NCBI GenBank assembly: GCA_902629215.1
Contig: CACOQC010000002.1
Location: 14,009 to 78,008 of the forward strand
From: an uncultured Pelagibacteraceae bacterium
Lineage (GTDB): Bacteria > Pseudomonadota > Alphaproteobacteria > Pelagibacterales > Pelagibacteraceae
Length of the DNA stretch: 64,000 bases
Direction: 5' to 3'
The first letter of the stretch is position 1. Each line of letters starts with the position of its first letter. The position numbers were made by a program, and so were the translations under genes. This document shows, piece after piece, positions 21,999 to 31,416 of this stretch. The notes beneath the pieces were generated by a model that did not search any database, was not told the origin of the DNA, and worked only from the letters and a program-made list of their open reading frames with translations.

Positions 21999-24104
21999 TT
22001 AAATTCTACTTTCTCTAACAATGATAGATATAAAACTTTTGAAAAAATCAAATATTGGGCTATATCTATATCCATCAACATGTACATAGCCTGGAACTTC
22101 TAATTCAATTTTATTATCTCTATTTATAATTTTAAAAGTTACTTGATAATGTGCATTAACTGGTCTGTTTTCATACTCTTCAGAAATAAATGACCTTGTT
22201 GCTATGGGACCATCATATTGAGATGAAAGAGATAGATAAGGAAGAATAGAAATTGCTGATCGATCCAAATTTTTAGAAATTAGTTTAATTTTTTTATGTT
22301 CTCCATCAAAAGGAATAAAAACTGCTTTTTCATTTGTTTTGAATCTTTTAATCTCTTTTTCTTTTAGATAGCCTATTACATTTCCAGGACCTGATTTTAT
22401 AACTCCAACCAAGGGCTCTAAGTTACTTACCCATTGATTGTTTGATAAATTTGAAAAATTTTTAATTTTACCATCAACTGGGGATTTGAGTAAAAGCTTT
22501 GATTTTATTCTACTTAAACCATCCAGCTCATCTTTAAGTGAGATTAATCTTTGCTGAAGTATCATATATTGATCTAAGTTATTTGATAATTTACTAATTC
22601 TATTAATTTTTGTTTTAGTAAGTTTTATTTTTCTTCTTACTTTACCTATTTCTAAATCTAATTCAGGTGATGATAGTTCAATCAATTTTTGTCCTTTTTT
22701 AACTACTTGATTTTTATCAACAAAAATTTCCTTAATTTTTGCGGGATATGGAGAATAAATTTTTGAATAATTATCTGAAACATAAACCGCTGGAATCTTT
22801 AATGAAGATTTCCATGGCATGAACAGGATTATAAATAGAAATAACAGAATAGAATAAAGTCTGATAGTTTGTTTATTAACTTTAATTTGAGACTTTAAAT
22901 TATACCAATTCTTTATTTCATTAAATATAGGTCTTAAAATGAACCAATATATTTCTATAACAAATAATATAATTCCTAAAACTTTAAATGCTAAATGATA
23001 AACTAGAAAAGCAATTCCCAAGAATATAAAAAATCTATATATCCAAGTAAGCCAAGCATATAAAATAAAAGTCCAACGTCTTGAAGGATTTAAATCTTCA
23101 GGAGGCTTATGGTTAAAACCAAATAAAATTTCTCTTAATTGCCATCTTGCAAGTGCAAATGATCTTGGTTGTAAATTTTCTGCCTGTAACCAATCTGAAA
23201 AAACATAATATCCATCAAATCTCATGAAAGGACTTACGTTAATTGCTAAAGATGAAATCCAACTCGTTGTTGCAATAAAAAAAGCTATGCTTTTTAGACC
23301 ACCATCAGGAAGAACTGCCCATAAAAAAGTTGAAATTAATGCAAGATGAAGTTCAGTTAAAATTCCTGCAAAATTTATTAACAATCTATCTTTATGATCT
23401 CTCAATCTCCAGGCATCTGAAGTGTCAGTATATAAAAACGGAAAAAATACCAAAAATGCAATACCTATAGATGAAACTCTACAGCCAAAATATTTTGAAA
23501 CATAAGCATGACCAAGTTCATGTAAAGATTTTACAAAAACTAATGCTAATAAATATAATAAAAGTCCTTCAAATGAAAAAAAGTATAAAAAAGTTTTTAA
23601 AAAACTATCAAATTGTTGAGTAATTAAACAAATACCAATGAAACCTAAAATATAAATTATGTTTCTTATTTTCCTTCCACCAAGAGGTTTGGCATATTTT
23701 AATGTTTTTCCTAACCATTCATCAGGTTTAACTAAAGGAATTTTAAAAAAAAGATAACTGTGAATAAGAAAAAATAACCAATTTTTCTTTTGTGAATTTT
23801 TTTGATTAAGCAAAAGATTATCTTTTTGACCTCTTGGTTGAATAATCAAATTATTCAATTGAAGAAAATTAATAAACTTTTTAATTTCATCAACATTTGT
23901 ATCAATACCCTCTTTATTTATTTTTCTTTCAAAGATTTTAATGTCATCTCCCCCACTCCAATTTTTAATTAATTTAAAAGCTGTAAGTCCAAGGGTGAAA
24001 TATTTATTTCTTAAAGCATCGTATAAAAGCCATGCTGGTGATCCATCTTCTCTACTGTTTCCTCTCAGTATCTCTAAATCTTCTCTCAAATATGGTATTA
24101 TCAT
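21999..24104 (-). CDS. Peptidase M50 membrane domain fused to a HlyD-like periplasmic adaptor
   Basis: HELGH and NVSPFMRFDG (HExxH plus NxxPxxxxDG), several TM helices, then IYSPYPAKI...coiled coil...LKSPVDGKI barrel-sandwich. Confidence 0.88.
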   Translation of the reverse strand: MIIPYLREDLEILRGNSREDGSPAWLLYDALRNKYFTLGLTAFKLIKNWSGGDDIKIFERKINKEGIDTNVDEIKKFINFLQLNNLIIQPRGQKDNLLLNQKNSQKKNWLFFLIHSYLFFKIPLVKPDEWLGKTLKYAKPLGGRKIRNIIYILGFIGICLITQQFDSFLKTFLYFFSFEGLLLYLLALVFVKSLHELGHAYVSKYFGCRVSSIGIAFLVFFPFLYTDTSDAWRLRDHKDRLLINFAGILTELHLALISTFLWAVLPDGGLKSIAFFIATTSWISSLAINVSPFMRFDGYYVFSDWLQAENLQPRSFALARWQLREILFGFNHKPPEDLNPSRRWTFILYAWLTWIYRFFIFLGIAFLVYHLAFKVLGIILFVIEIYWFILRPIFNEIKNWYNLKSQIKVNKQTIRLYSILLFLFIILFMPWKSSLKIPAVYVSDNYSKIYSPYPAKIKEIFVDKNQVVKKGQKLIELSSPELDLEIGKVRRKIKLTKTKINRISKLSNNLDQYMILQQRLISLKDELDGLSRIKSKLLLKSPVDGKIKNFSNLSNNQWVSNLEPLVGVIKSGPGNVIGYLKEKEIKRFKTNEKAVFIPFDGEHKKIKLISKNLDRSAISILPYLSLSSQYDGPIATRSFISEEYENRPVNAHYQVTFKIINRDNKIELEVPGYVHVDGYRYSPIFDFFKSFISIIVRESRI

Positions 24105-25438
24105 ATGCCGATTAATTGACGAATAAATGTAATTGGTTTTCTAAACAAATAATAAAATAGTATTGTTCTATTTCCATACACCTTAGCTGTTCCTCTTAAT
24201 CCTATACGAGGTGTGTCTCTGTTTCCTTTAAAACTTGATATCAATTTATAAGAAAGAACTTCTTCGGGTGATAATTCAGGTTCGTAAGTTGATCTTATAA
24301 TATTTCCTTTATAAGAACTCATAGGATTAATATCTAAAAAAATATTGGTATTAGCATCTTGATTGATCACTATAGAATCTTTTACAGGAAGCCATATTAA
24401 AAACTCAATGTTATTTGGATCAGCTATAGTTAAAATTTTTTCACCAACAGCTACTGGTTTTCCTTGCCAATCAGATTTTCTATCAACTATTACAACACCT
24501 TTTTTTTCAGAATAAATTTTAGAATTTTTTAATTTTCTCTCTGCTGATTTTAGCTCAACTCTCTTTAAATCGACTTGTGCAATAAGCTCTGCCAATCTCG
24601 ATTTTTGTTCATTATCAGTGAATGAAGATTGTCTTGTTCTTAAAAGCTCTTTTTCAGCAACTTGAAGAGATTGTTTTGCAAGATTAAATTCATTTGATAG
24701 ATCAATATCCTCTAATAAAACCAATAAATCTCCTGGTTTTGTTTGATCATTATTATTAGCAATAATCTTTTTTACCACTCCATCAAAAGGTGAAGTAATT
24801 AAAAATGGATTTTTTGCCACAACTTCTACAGGCGCCGTACTTGTCATTCGAACTGGAAAAAGAAATATTAATATAATTACTGATATTGTTATCCAACGTT
24901 TTTTTCCTGTAAAATTTTTCTTTAAAAAGTTTTTAATTGAAAAATTTGTTAAAAAAGTATTGTAAGCATGGCCATAAGTCCTAGATAAGTGTTGGACTAA
25001 TTCATTTTCATTGTCATTAAAATTTTTATTTCTTGCAAGTAAAAGGTAACCCTGGAGACCTCGTTGAGGAGAAAAAATAGGTATACATAGTAAATACTGG
25101 GGAATATTTTTTGGTTTTTGTTTTTTAATTTTTTTTGAAAACTGTTCTAGATCAATGCTTTCAATTTCTTTTAAATCTTTTTTAGTTTTATGATTTATAA
25201 CGCTTTCAACAAAAGTTACTAAAGGAGCAGTTCTATCAATTGAAGCTATATCTGATATTGCATTAATATGAAATTTATCTGTTGCACTTTTCAATAATAA
25301 AAATGACGTTGTGTAATCGATTATTTCTCTTGTTTCATTAACAACAATGAAATTCAATTCATCTTTACTTTTTGCTTCTCTAGTTTTTTTTTCTAGACTA
25401 ATTAATCTTGCAATTTTAATATTTTTATCTTCGCTCAA
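24101..25438 (-). CDS. HlyD/efflux periplasmic adaptor with N-terminal GAF-like cytoplasmic domain
   Basis: TM helix near residue 180, ITSPFDGVV lipoyl half, coiled-coil hairpin, GKPVAVGEKI, PRIGLRGTAK. Confidence 0.85.
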   Translation of the reverse strand: MSEDKNIKIARLISLEKKTREAKSKDELNFIVVNETREIIDYTTSFLLLKSATDKFHINAISDIASIDRTAPLVTFVESVINHKTKKDLKEIESIDLEQFSKKIKKQKPKNIPQYLLCIPIFSPQRGLQGYLLLARNKNFNDNENELVQHLSRTYGHAYNTFLTNFSIKNFLKKNFTGKKRWITISVIILIFLFPVRMTSTAPVEVVAKNPFLITSPFDGVVKKIIANNNDQTKPGDLLVLLEDIDLSNEFNLAKQSLQVAEKELLRTRQSSFTDNEQKSRLAELIAQVDLKRVELKSAERKLKNSKIYSEKKGVVIVDRKSDWQGKPVAVGEKILTIADPNNIEFLIWLPVKDSIVINQDANTNIFLDINPMSSYKGNIIRSTYEPELSPEEVLSYKLISSFKGNRDTPRIGLRGTAKVYGNRTILFYYLFRKPITFIRQLIGI

Positions 25439-26175
25439 AATTTAACAATCCCACTCATTCCTGGAATTAAACTCTCATATTTTTCATTAAACTGAGCTTT
25501 TAATTCTATTGTTTGACTTGCTGCATCAACTGCCGCTCCTAAACTAATTATTTTTGCATCCAATTCATCTCCTGTCTCATCAATTATAATTTTAACTGAA
25601 TGACCTTTTTTTAACCAACTCAACCATTTACTAGGAACAACAACTGCAGCCTCTAAAAGTCCATCTCCGACAATATCCATGAGTGGTTGTCTTTGTTCTA
25701 TACTAGTGAAAACATTTGTATAGACATCCATAACTCTACCATTGTAAGGCGCAACAATATTACATCTTTCAACATTTAATTTAGCAATTGTTAACTCTGC
25801 TTCAGCTTTTTTAAGCGCAGACTCTGATAATTGATATTGAAGTTCACCTATAGATCTCATGTCTAAAAGTTCTTTATCATTTTTAAGTTGGACTTGAGCA
25901 CTCTTATGATCTGCTTTAATCACTTCTAACTGAGCATTATATAATTTACAGTCAAAACTTATTAATATGTCCCCTTTATTAAATGCATCACCCATAAGAA
26001 AATTAATTTTTTCAACTCTTGCTGCAATTTCACTTGAAATAGAAACCTTTTCAGTAGCAGTTACTAACGTTCTTGCTTCTCTAATATCTTCTTCGACAGT
26101 ATTACTTGTATCATGAGTGTCAGCTTGAGCAAAATTTACTAATAACAACAAAATTATAAAAACTAATTTTTTCAT
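25435..26175 (-). CDS. Efflux RND/HlyD-type periplasmic adaptor subunit
   Basis: Signal peptide, ISSEIAARV, IVAPYNGRV, VDAASQT, LIPGMSG. Confidence 0.9.
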   Translation of the reverse strand: MKKLVFIILLLLVNFAQADTHDTSNTVEEDIREARTLVTATEKVSISSEIAARVEKINFLMGDAFNKGDILISFDCKLYNAQLEVIKADHKSAQVQLKNDKELLDMRSIGELQYQLSESALKKAEAELTIAKLNVERCNIVAPYNGRVMDVYTNVFTSIEQRQPLMDIVGDGLLEAAVVVPSKWLSWLKKGHSVKIIIDETGDELDAKIISLGAAVDAASQTIELKAQFNEKYESLIPGMSGIVKF

Positions 26176-26196
26176 AATTCAAATATAAGTTATTTT

Positions 26197-29100
26197 TTAC
26201 AATCTATCTATTAATTGAGAGCCATAATCATCCCAGTTAGAATATTCCTTAGATAATTGAGATGATAAAGAGACAAATTTATTATCTTTATCTAAAACTT
26301 TTTCAACATTGTTAGCATTTTCATTTAAAAAATTTACTTTAATATCTTTTACTGAAATGTCTCCATTAGTATTCTCAATTATTACTTTTAAGTCTATAAA
26401 TTCAACATTTTCTGGAGGAGTGGCAGTTATTTTACCTGTTTCTTGATCATAATTAATCCATTCAGGAAGTTCTTGTCCGTCTTTTAATACAACTTTAAAA
26501 TTCTCATCCCAAGGAAGTTCAATTTCAAAGTTGTTGTTTTTTAATTCAGAGTCAAAATTTAAAAACTCGTCAGGATCAATGGTTTTCACAAAATCCTCAA
26601 AAGAATCGATATTATTTATGCTATCTGTTTTAATTTTATCTATTTGTCCACTTTCACTTAAAGAATTCAGTTTTATAGATCCATCATTTTTAACTTCTAG
26701 TTTATTTGCTCTTTCAATTTTTCTTGATTGTTTTAAAATTTCTTTATCCTCGGCAATTTTTTTGGAATCAATAACTACAGTTACTTGTTTCTTGTTATTA
26801 TCATCGTCAACAGCGATTATCTTAAACTCCACCATCTTCATACCCTTAGGAATATCAGTTTTTGTTTTTCCTGTTTTTGGATTTATCTTAATCCAATCCG
26901 GTAAGGGGCTTCCATCTTTCATTTCACCATAGTACTTTTGAACATTTTTACCTTCGTCATTAAATACTTTAAATTTTACTTTGAGTGCTTTATCCGAATG
27001 TTTTGCTACAATTTTATCAACATAGATATCCATATCTTTATCTTTAAGTTCTAAAGAATTCGATTCTGCAACTAAATCTACAAGTTTCAGCCCCTGGTTA
27101 AATTCAGCTCTTTTAGCTAATTTGGATTTAGCTATCTTTAATTCTTTTTGCTCAAGTCTTTTTTCTCTTTTTAATTTCTTTAATTGTCTATCTTCTTCTC
27201 TCTTTTGTTTTTTTGCTTCTTTCTTTTCTTTCTTAGGTTTTCTTACTTCATCAGGATCTGGTTCACCTGTACCATCTCCATCGATTCCTGTTACTGTAAA
27301 AGTTATTGTTCCAATATCTATCGCTTTAGAACCAGCATTTGTTTCATCGTCCATAACTTTGTAAGAAAAAACATCTGTTGCAGTTTCACCTGCTCTTAAA
27401 GCAATTGTCGCTTCATTTCCTGTCACACTATATGTGTAAGCACCTGCGCTACCTATAGTCAAGTTACCATACGTACCTGATACAGCACTACCAACATTAG
27501 AATTAGCTAATGTTGATCCCTCTGCACCTGCACCAACTCCTCTAATCCCTAAAGCTGATGAGGCATCATCACTATCTGTATCATTTGTTAAAACATTTCC
27601 TGTGGCATCATCATCACCTGCTGTAATAGTATCTGTATTGTTGACAGCAACCGGTGCTGCGTTAACTGAAATAGTCATGGTATAAGTTGTTCCTTCAGTA
27701 GTTTCACCATCATAAGCTCTAAAATCAAAACTATCATCAGCTTCAGAATTTGCATCTGGAGTATATCTTAAATTACTAATGTTTGTTATTGTGTCGTTAA
27801 CAGAGGGTTCTGCCCCATTGTTTATTTTTGTTAATGTTCCCGAAGATGGTAAAGATTTAATTTTTATACCAACATCATCATCTGGATCGGTATAATTGGT
27901 GAAATCGGAAGCAGCAAAATCTTTTCTAATATTCAATGAAGTTCTAGCTCCATGAGTAGCATCTGTATTATTTTCATTTATATAAACTGTTTCATTTCCT
28001 GCAGTGGGTGCATCGTTGACACCTAAAATTGTAAAAGTAATTGTAGCTGTATCTGTTCCACTACCGCCATCAGAAAGTGTATAATTAAATACGTCAGTTA
28101 CACTATCACCAGTATCTAATGCATTAGCAGCATCCTTGTTAGCAACATAAGTATAGGAACCATCAGCATCTAAAGTTAATTGACCATATGTTCCATCTAA
28201 AGCCTGCCCAACAGTTCCAGCTGTTCCACTTCCTTCTGTACTACCAGTTCTAATTGCACTTACAGTTAAATTGGCATCACCATCAGGATCACTATCAGTG
28301 TGAGAACTTGAGCTTGTATCAATTACATCTCCTGAATGTTCACCAGTTGCATCATATGATCCTCCAGATTCATTGGCATTTGCACTATTTGCTACAGTTA
28401 AAGTACCTTCTTCAACAATTACCCCCACATCATTTTGTGCAACAGGATCATCATTTACTCCTGTAACAGTGATTGTTAAAGTTGCAGTATCAGTTGCTGT
28501 TCCATCTGAAATTGTATAGGTGAAAACATCTGTTACTGTGTCTCCTGCATCCAAAGCATTAGCTGCATCTTGGTCAGCAATATATGTATAAGTTCCATCA
28601 GCACCTAAAGTTAAAGTACCATACGTTCCTGTAACACTTGTCCCGCTACTATTATATGAGCTTCCAGCTGAAACATTTGAAGCAGATCCCCCATTAGGTT
28701 GAATAACAGTTACAGTAATTGAAGCGCTATCGTCTGCATCACTGTCATCTGCCATTAATAAACTTGAACCTGAAGATTGTGTGACTGAAAGACCTTCATT
28801 AACACTGTCCGTATCATCGACTGCTACTGGTGCATTATTAGCTCCTAAAATTGTTATTGTAATATTAGCTGTAGTCGTTGCAGTTCCATCGCTTAATGTG
28901 TAAACAAAAACATCAGTTACACTATCACCAGCATCTAAGGCTGCTGTGGCCGCATTTGCAACATAAGAATAAGAACCATCAGCTCCAATTGTTAGTGTAC
29001 CGTGAGTACCTACTACAGATGTTCCGCTACTGTTATAAGAACTTCCAGCAGATACTGACGAATTAGTTCCACCACTTTTTTTAATTTGGGTTATGCTTAA

Positions 29101-31251
29101 AGAGGCTGAGTCATCAACATCACTGTCAGTATGTGAACCAGAACTTGTATCAATTACATCTCCTGAATGTTCACCAGTTGCATCATATGATCCTCCAGAT
29201 TCATTGGCATTTGCACTATTTGCTACAGTTAAAGTACCTTCTTCAACAATTACCCCCACATCATTTTGTGCAACAGGATCATCATTTACTCCTGTAACAG
29301 TGATTGTTAAAGTTGCAGTATCAGTTGCTGTTCCATCTGAAATTGTATAGGTGAAAACATCTGTTACTGTGTCTCCCGCATCTAGGATATTTGCTGCATT
29401 TTGGTCAGCTATATAAGTATAAGTTCCATCTGCACCTAAAGTTAAAGTACCATACGTTCCTGTAACACTTGTCCCGCTACTATTATATGAGCTTCCAGCT
29501 GAAACATTTGAAGCAGATCCACCACTAGGTTGAATAACAGTTACAGTAATTGCGTCGCCATCAGTATCACTGTCATCTGCCATTAATAAACTTGAACCTG
29601 AAGATTGTGTGACTGAAAGACCTTCATTAACACTGTCTGTATCATCGACTGCTGAAGGAGCATTATTTGCTACTGCACCTTTAACTAAGATCCTAGCATA
29701 ATCTCCACCTCCAGTATTTTTTGCAGCAACGTGAAGAGTTCTGTTGTCGGTGCCACCTACCGCAAACCAATCACCATTTTTTGAACTATCAGCGTTCCCG
29801 TAACCCCAGTATGAACCTCCACTATTTCTAAAATAACGCCATTTAATAGTTTCAAAACTCCTGTTTGAATTATTCAGGGGATCTGGATAAGTATTATTAT
29901 TTGAATTATGAAGATCTACATTCCCTGTGTTAGAAGATGCTTTAACAGTTTGATCACCGTCAATTAGTATTCCAATAATTTCACGATCAAATATTACTTC
30001 AGCTATTTTATTATGTCTGTCGCTGTTGCTATTGAAATGTGAGTCTAATGATACCATATAAACATCCATTGGACCCTCGTCAGCACCAGCACTTGAACGC
30101 GTTGCTTGTAGTTTATAATCAGCAGAGTCAGTTGTATTAATTTCAATGTCATGCATACTATTATTCCACGAACCTTCACTTAAATTTCCTGTGGAAGCAC
30201 TTCCACTGTTGTTAGTGCCGGGATGGTCAGGTCTTCTTGCTACTAAGCTACCACTAGTAATTCCTGTCTTTTCCAAAACTACTGTAAATCTACCTACTGC
30301 ATTAGAATCATTAGGATCACCTGTACCGAATGTTCCTGAATTGTAAGTAATATAATGGTCTTGCCATATTTCATTATTGTTTGAACCACCTCCAGGGTTG
30401 TGATCTCTTGAAGAGCTAAAATCAAATGCATTTCTATCTGCAGTACCTGTAAAAGCAGCCATTGCTCCTCTGATAGATGTTATTCCATCTACACCAACAG
30501 TGACTTCAGCTGCATTTGAGGATTTGGTTGCAGTTCTATACATAGCAAGATCATGTTGATAATCAGTCTGGTTAATATTTTTTGTATCAATATGTCCATA
30601 TGTGATTTCAAGTTTCCAGTCACCGCTCTTACCTGTAACATCATCTGACGCAGCAATATCTGCTTTAGTAATTTCTGAAATTTTACTTATTAAAGTTTTG
30701 CCACCGTCTGTACTTGCAACATTACATCCATAGAATAAAATATCTCCATCGTCAGTTAAACATTGACCAATCGATCTCAACGTTTGGTTGTATGATTGAA
30801 TAGTATCATTTGAAAGTGTTGCATTTCCAAATAAAATTTTACCTGCACTACCATGACCTATTATATGTAAAGAGGAAACGTCACAATTTTTATCTAAAAT
30901 ATTTTCAATTTTCTTAAATCCATCTTCATTAGATTGAATTAAGTAGACTTCAGTGTCCTCATGAAAAGCATCTATTAATTTTTGATAATCTTGAACTTGA
31001 GAGTCTATAAACACAACTTGTTTTCGATCATTTCTTTTTTGATCTCTTACAACTTGATCAAATGGAAGTTTTTGTGAATTATCTTCAATTCTATTTTCTG
31101 AAAATTTTGAGATATTTTTAATATTTTTATTTAATAATTTTTCTTTATTTCTTTCATCAATGATGTCTAACGCTGTGGAAGCTCCAGCACCATCAAGCAT
31201 AATTCTTTGTTCAAGTGCTTCTATGAAGATCTTTTTTTTATTATTTTCCAT
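26197..31251 (-). CDS. Large surface adhesin-like protein (LEPR-XLL motif, DUF4347, VCBS/Ig-like repeats, C-terminal Ig/cadherin-like domains)
   Basis: EALEQRIMLDG; LHIIGHGSAG...ILFYGCNVA...IAASDDVTGKSGDWKLE; repeated GTYGTLTLGADGTYTY...DVFTYTISDG...TITVTGVND; LPDWIK and LPEWIN. Confidence 0.9.
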   Translation of the reverse strand: MENNKKKIFIEALEQRIMLDGAGASTALDIIDERNKEKLLNKNIKNISKFSENRIEDNSQKLPFDQVVRDQKRNDRKQVVFIDSQVQDYQKLIDAFHEDTEVYLIQSNEDGFKKIENILDKNCDVSSLHIIGHGSAGKILFGNATLSNDTIQSYNQTLRSIGQCLTDDGDILFYGCNVASTDGGKTLISKISEITKADIAASDDVTGKSGDWKLEITYGHIDTKNINQTDYQHDLAMYRTATKSSNAAEVTVGVDGITSIRGAMAAFTGTADRNAFDFSSSRDHNPGGGSNNNEIWQDHYITYNSGTFGTGDPNDSNAVGRFTVVLEKTGITSGSLVARRPDHPGTNNSGSASTGNLSEGSWNNSMHDIEINTTDSADYKLQATRSSAGADEGPMDVYMVSLDSHFNSNSDRHNKIAEVIFDREIIGILIDGDQTVKASSNTGNVDLHNSNNNTYPDPLNNSNRSFETIKWRYFRNSGGSYWGYGNADSSKNGDWFAVGGTDNRTLHVAAKNTGGGDYARILVKGAVANNAPSAVDDTDSVNEGLSVTQSSGSSLLMADDSDTDGDAITVTVIQPSGGSASNVSAGSSYNSSGTSVTGTYGTLTLGADGTYTYIADQNAANILDAGDTVTDVFTYTISDGTATDTATLTITVTGVNDDPVAQNDVGVIVEEGTLTVANSANANESGGSYDATGEHSGDVIDTSSGSHTDSDVDDSASLSITQIKKSGGTNSSVSAGSSYNSSGTSVVGTHGTLTIGADGSYSYVANAATAALDAGDSVTDVFVYTLSDGTATTTANITITILGANNAPVAVDDTDSVNEGLSVTQSSGSSLLMADDSDADDSASITVTVIQPNGGSASNVSAGSSYNSSGTSVTGTYGTLTLGADGTYTYIADQDAANALDAGDTVTDVFTYTISDGTATDTATLTITVTGVNDDPVAQNDVGVIVEEGTLTVANSANANESGGSYDATGEHSGDVIDTSSSSHTDSDPDGDANLTVSAIRTGSTEGSGTAGTVGQALDGTYGQLTLDADGSYTYVANKDAANALDTGDSVTDVFNYTLSDGGSGTDTATITFTILGVNDAPTAGNETVYINENNTDATHGARTSLNIRKDFAASDFTNYTDPDDDVGIKIKSLPSSGTLTKINNGAEPSVNDTITNISNLRYTPDANSEADDSFDFRAYDGETTEGTTYTMTISVNAAPVAVNNTDTITAGDDDATGNVLTNDTDSDDASSALGIRGVGAGAEGSTLANSNVGSAVSGTYGNLTIGSAGAYTYSVTGNEATIALRAGETATDVFSYKVMDDETNAGSKAIDIGTITFTVTGIDGDGTGEPDPDEVRKPKKEKKEAKKQKREEDRQLKKLKREKRLEQKELKIAKSKLAKRAEFNQGLKLVDLVAESNSLELKDKDMDIYVDKIVAKHSDKALKVKFKVFNDEGKNVQKYYGEMKDGSPLPDWIKINPKTGKTKTDIPKGMKMVEFKIIAVDDDNNKKQVTVVIDSKKIAEDKEILKQSRKIERANKLEVKNDGSIKLNSLSESGQIDKIKTDSINNIDSFEDFVKTIDPDEFLNFDSELKNNNFEIELPWDENFKVVLKDGQELPEWINYDQETGKITATPPENVEFIDLKVIIENTNGDISVKDIKVNFLNENANNVEKVLDKDNKFVSLSSQLSKEYSNWDDYGSQLIDRL
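28313..28825. repeat. Internal adhesin repeat, copy A
   Basis: About 510 bp near-identical to 29144-29653 (offset 831/828 bp, one 3-bp indel). Confidence 0.9.
29144..29653. repeat. Internal adhesin repeat, copy B
   Basis: Same as copy A; encodes AVDDTDSVNEGLSVTQ...GEHSGDVIDTS. Confidence 0.9.
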
Positions 31252-31416
31252 TTTTCGAAACTATAAAGTAAATGAACTTAATCAAAAGTACTGGTCATCA
31301 AAAAAACAATAATAGAAGTTTCAGAAAACATTGTATTTCATGCTTTAAATTTTAAAAAACCCATTTTGGGCACATATTGATTTCAATTTCTAGTATATAT
31401 AATTATCAAATAAGGA

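Noticed and set aside
26531-30346. Plus-strand ORFs inside the adhesin gene
   Set aside because: Antisense shadows of a repetitive coding sequence
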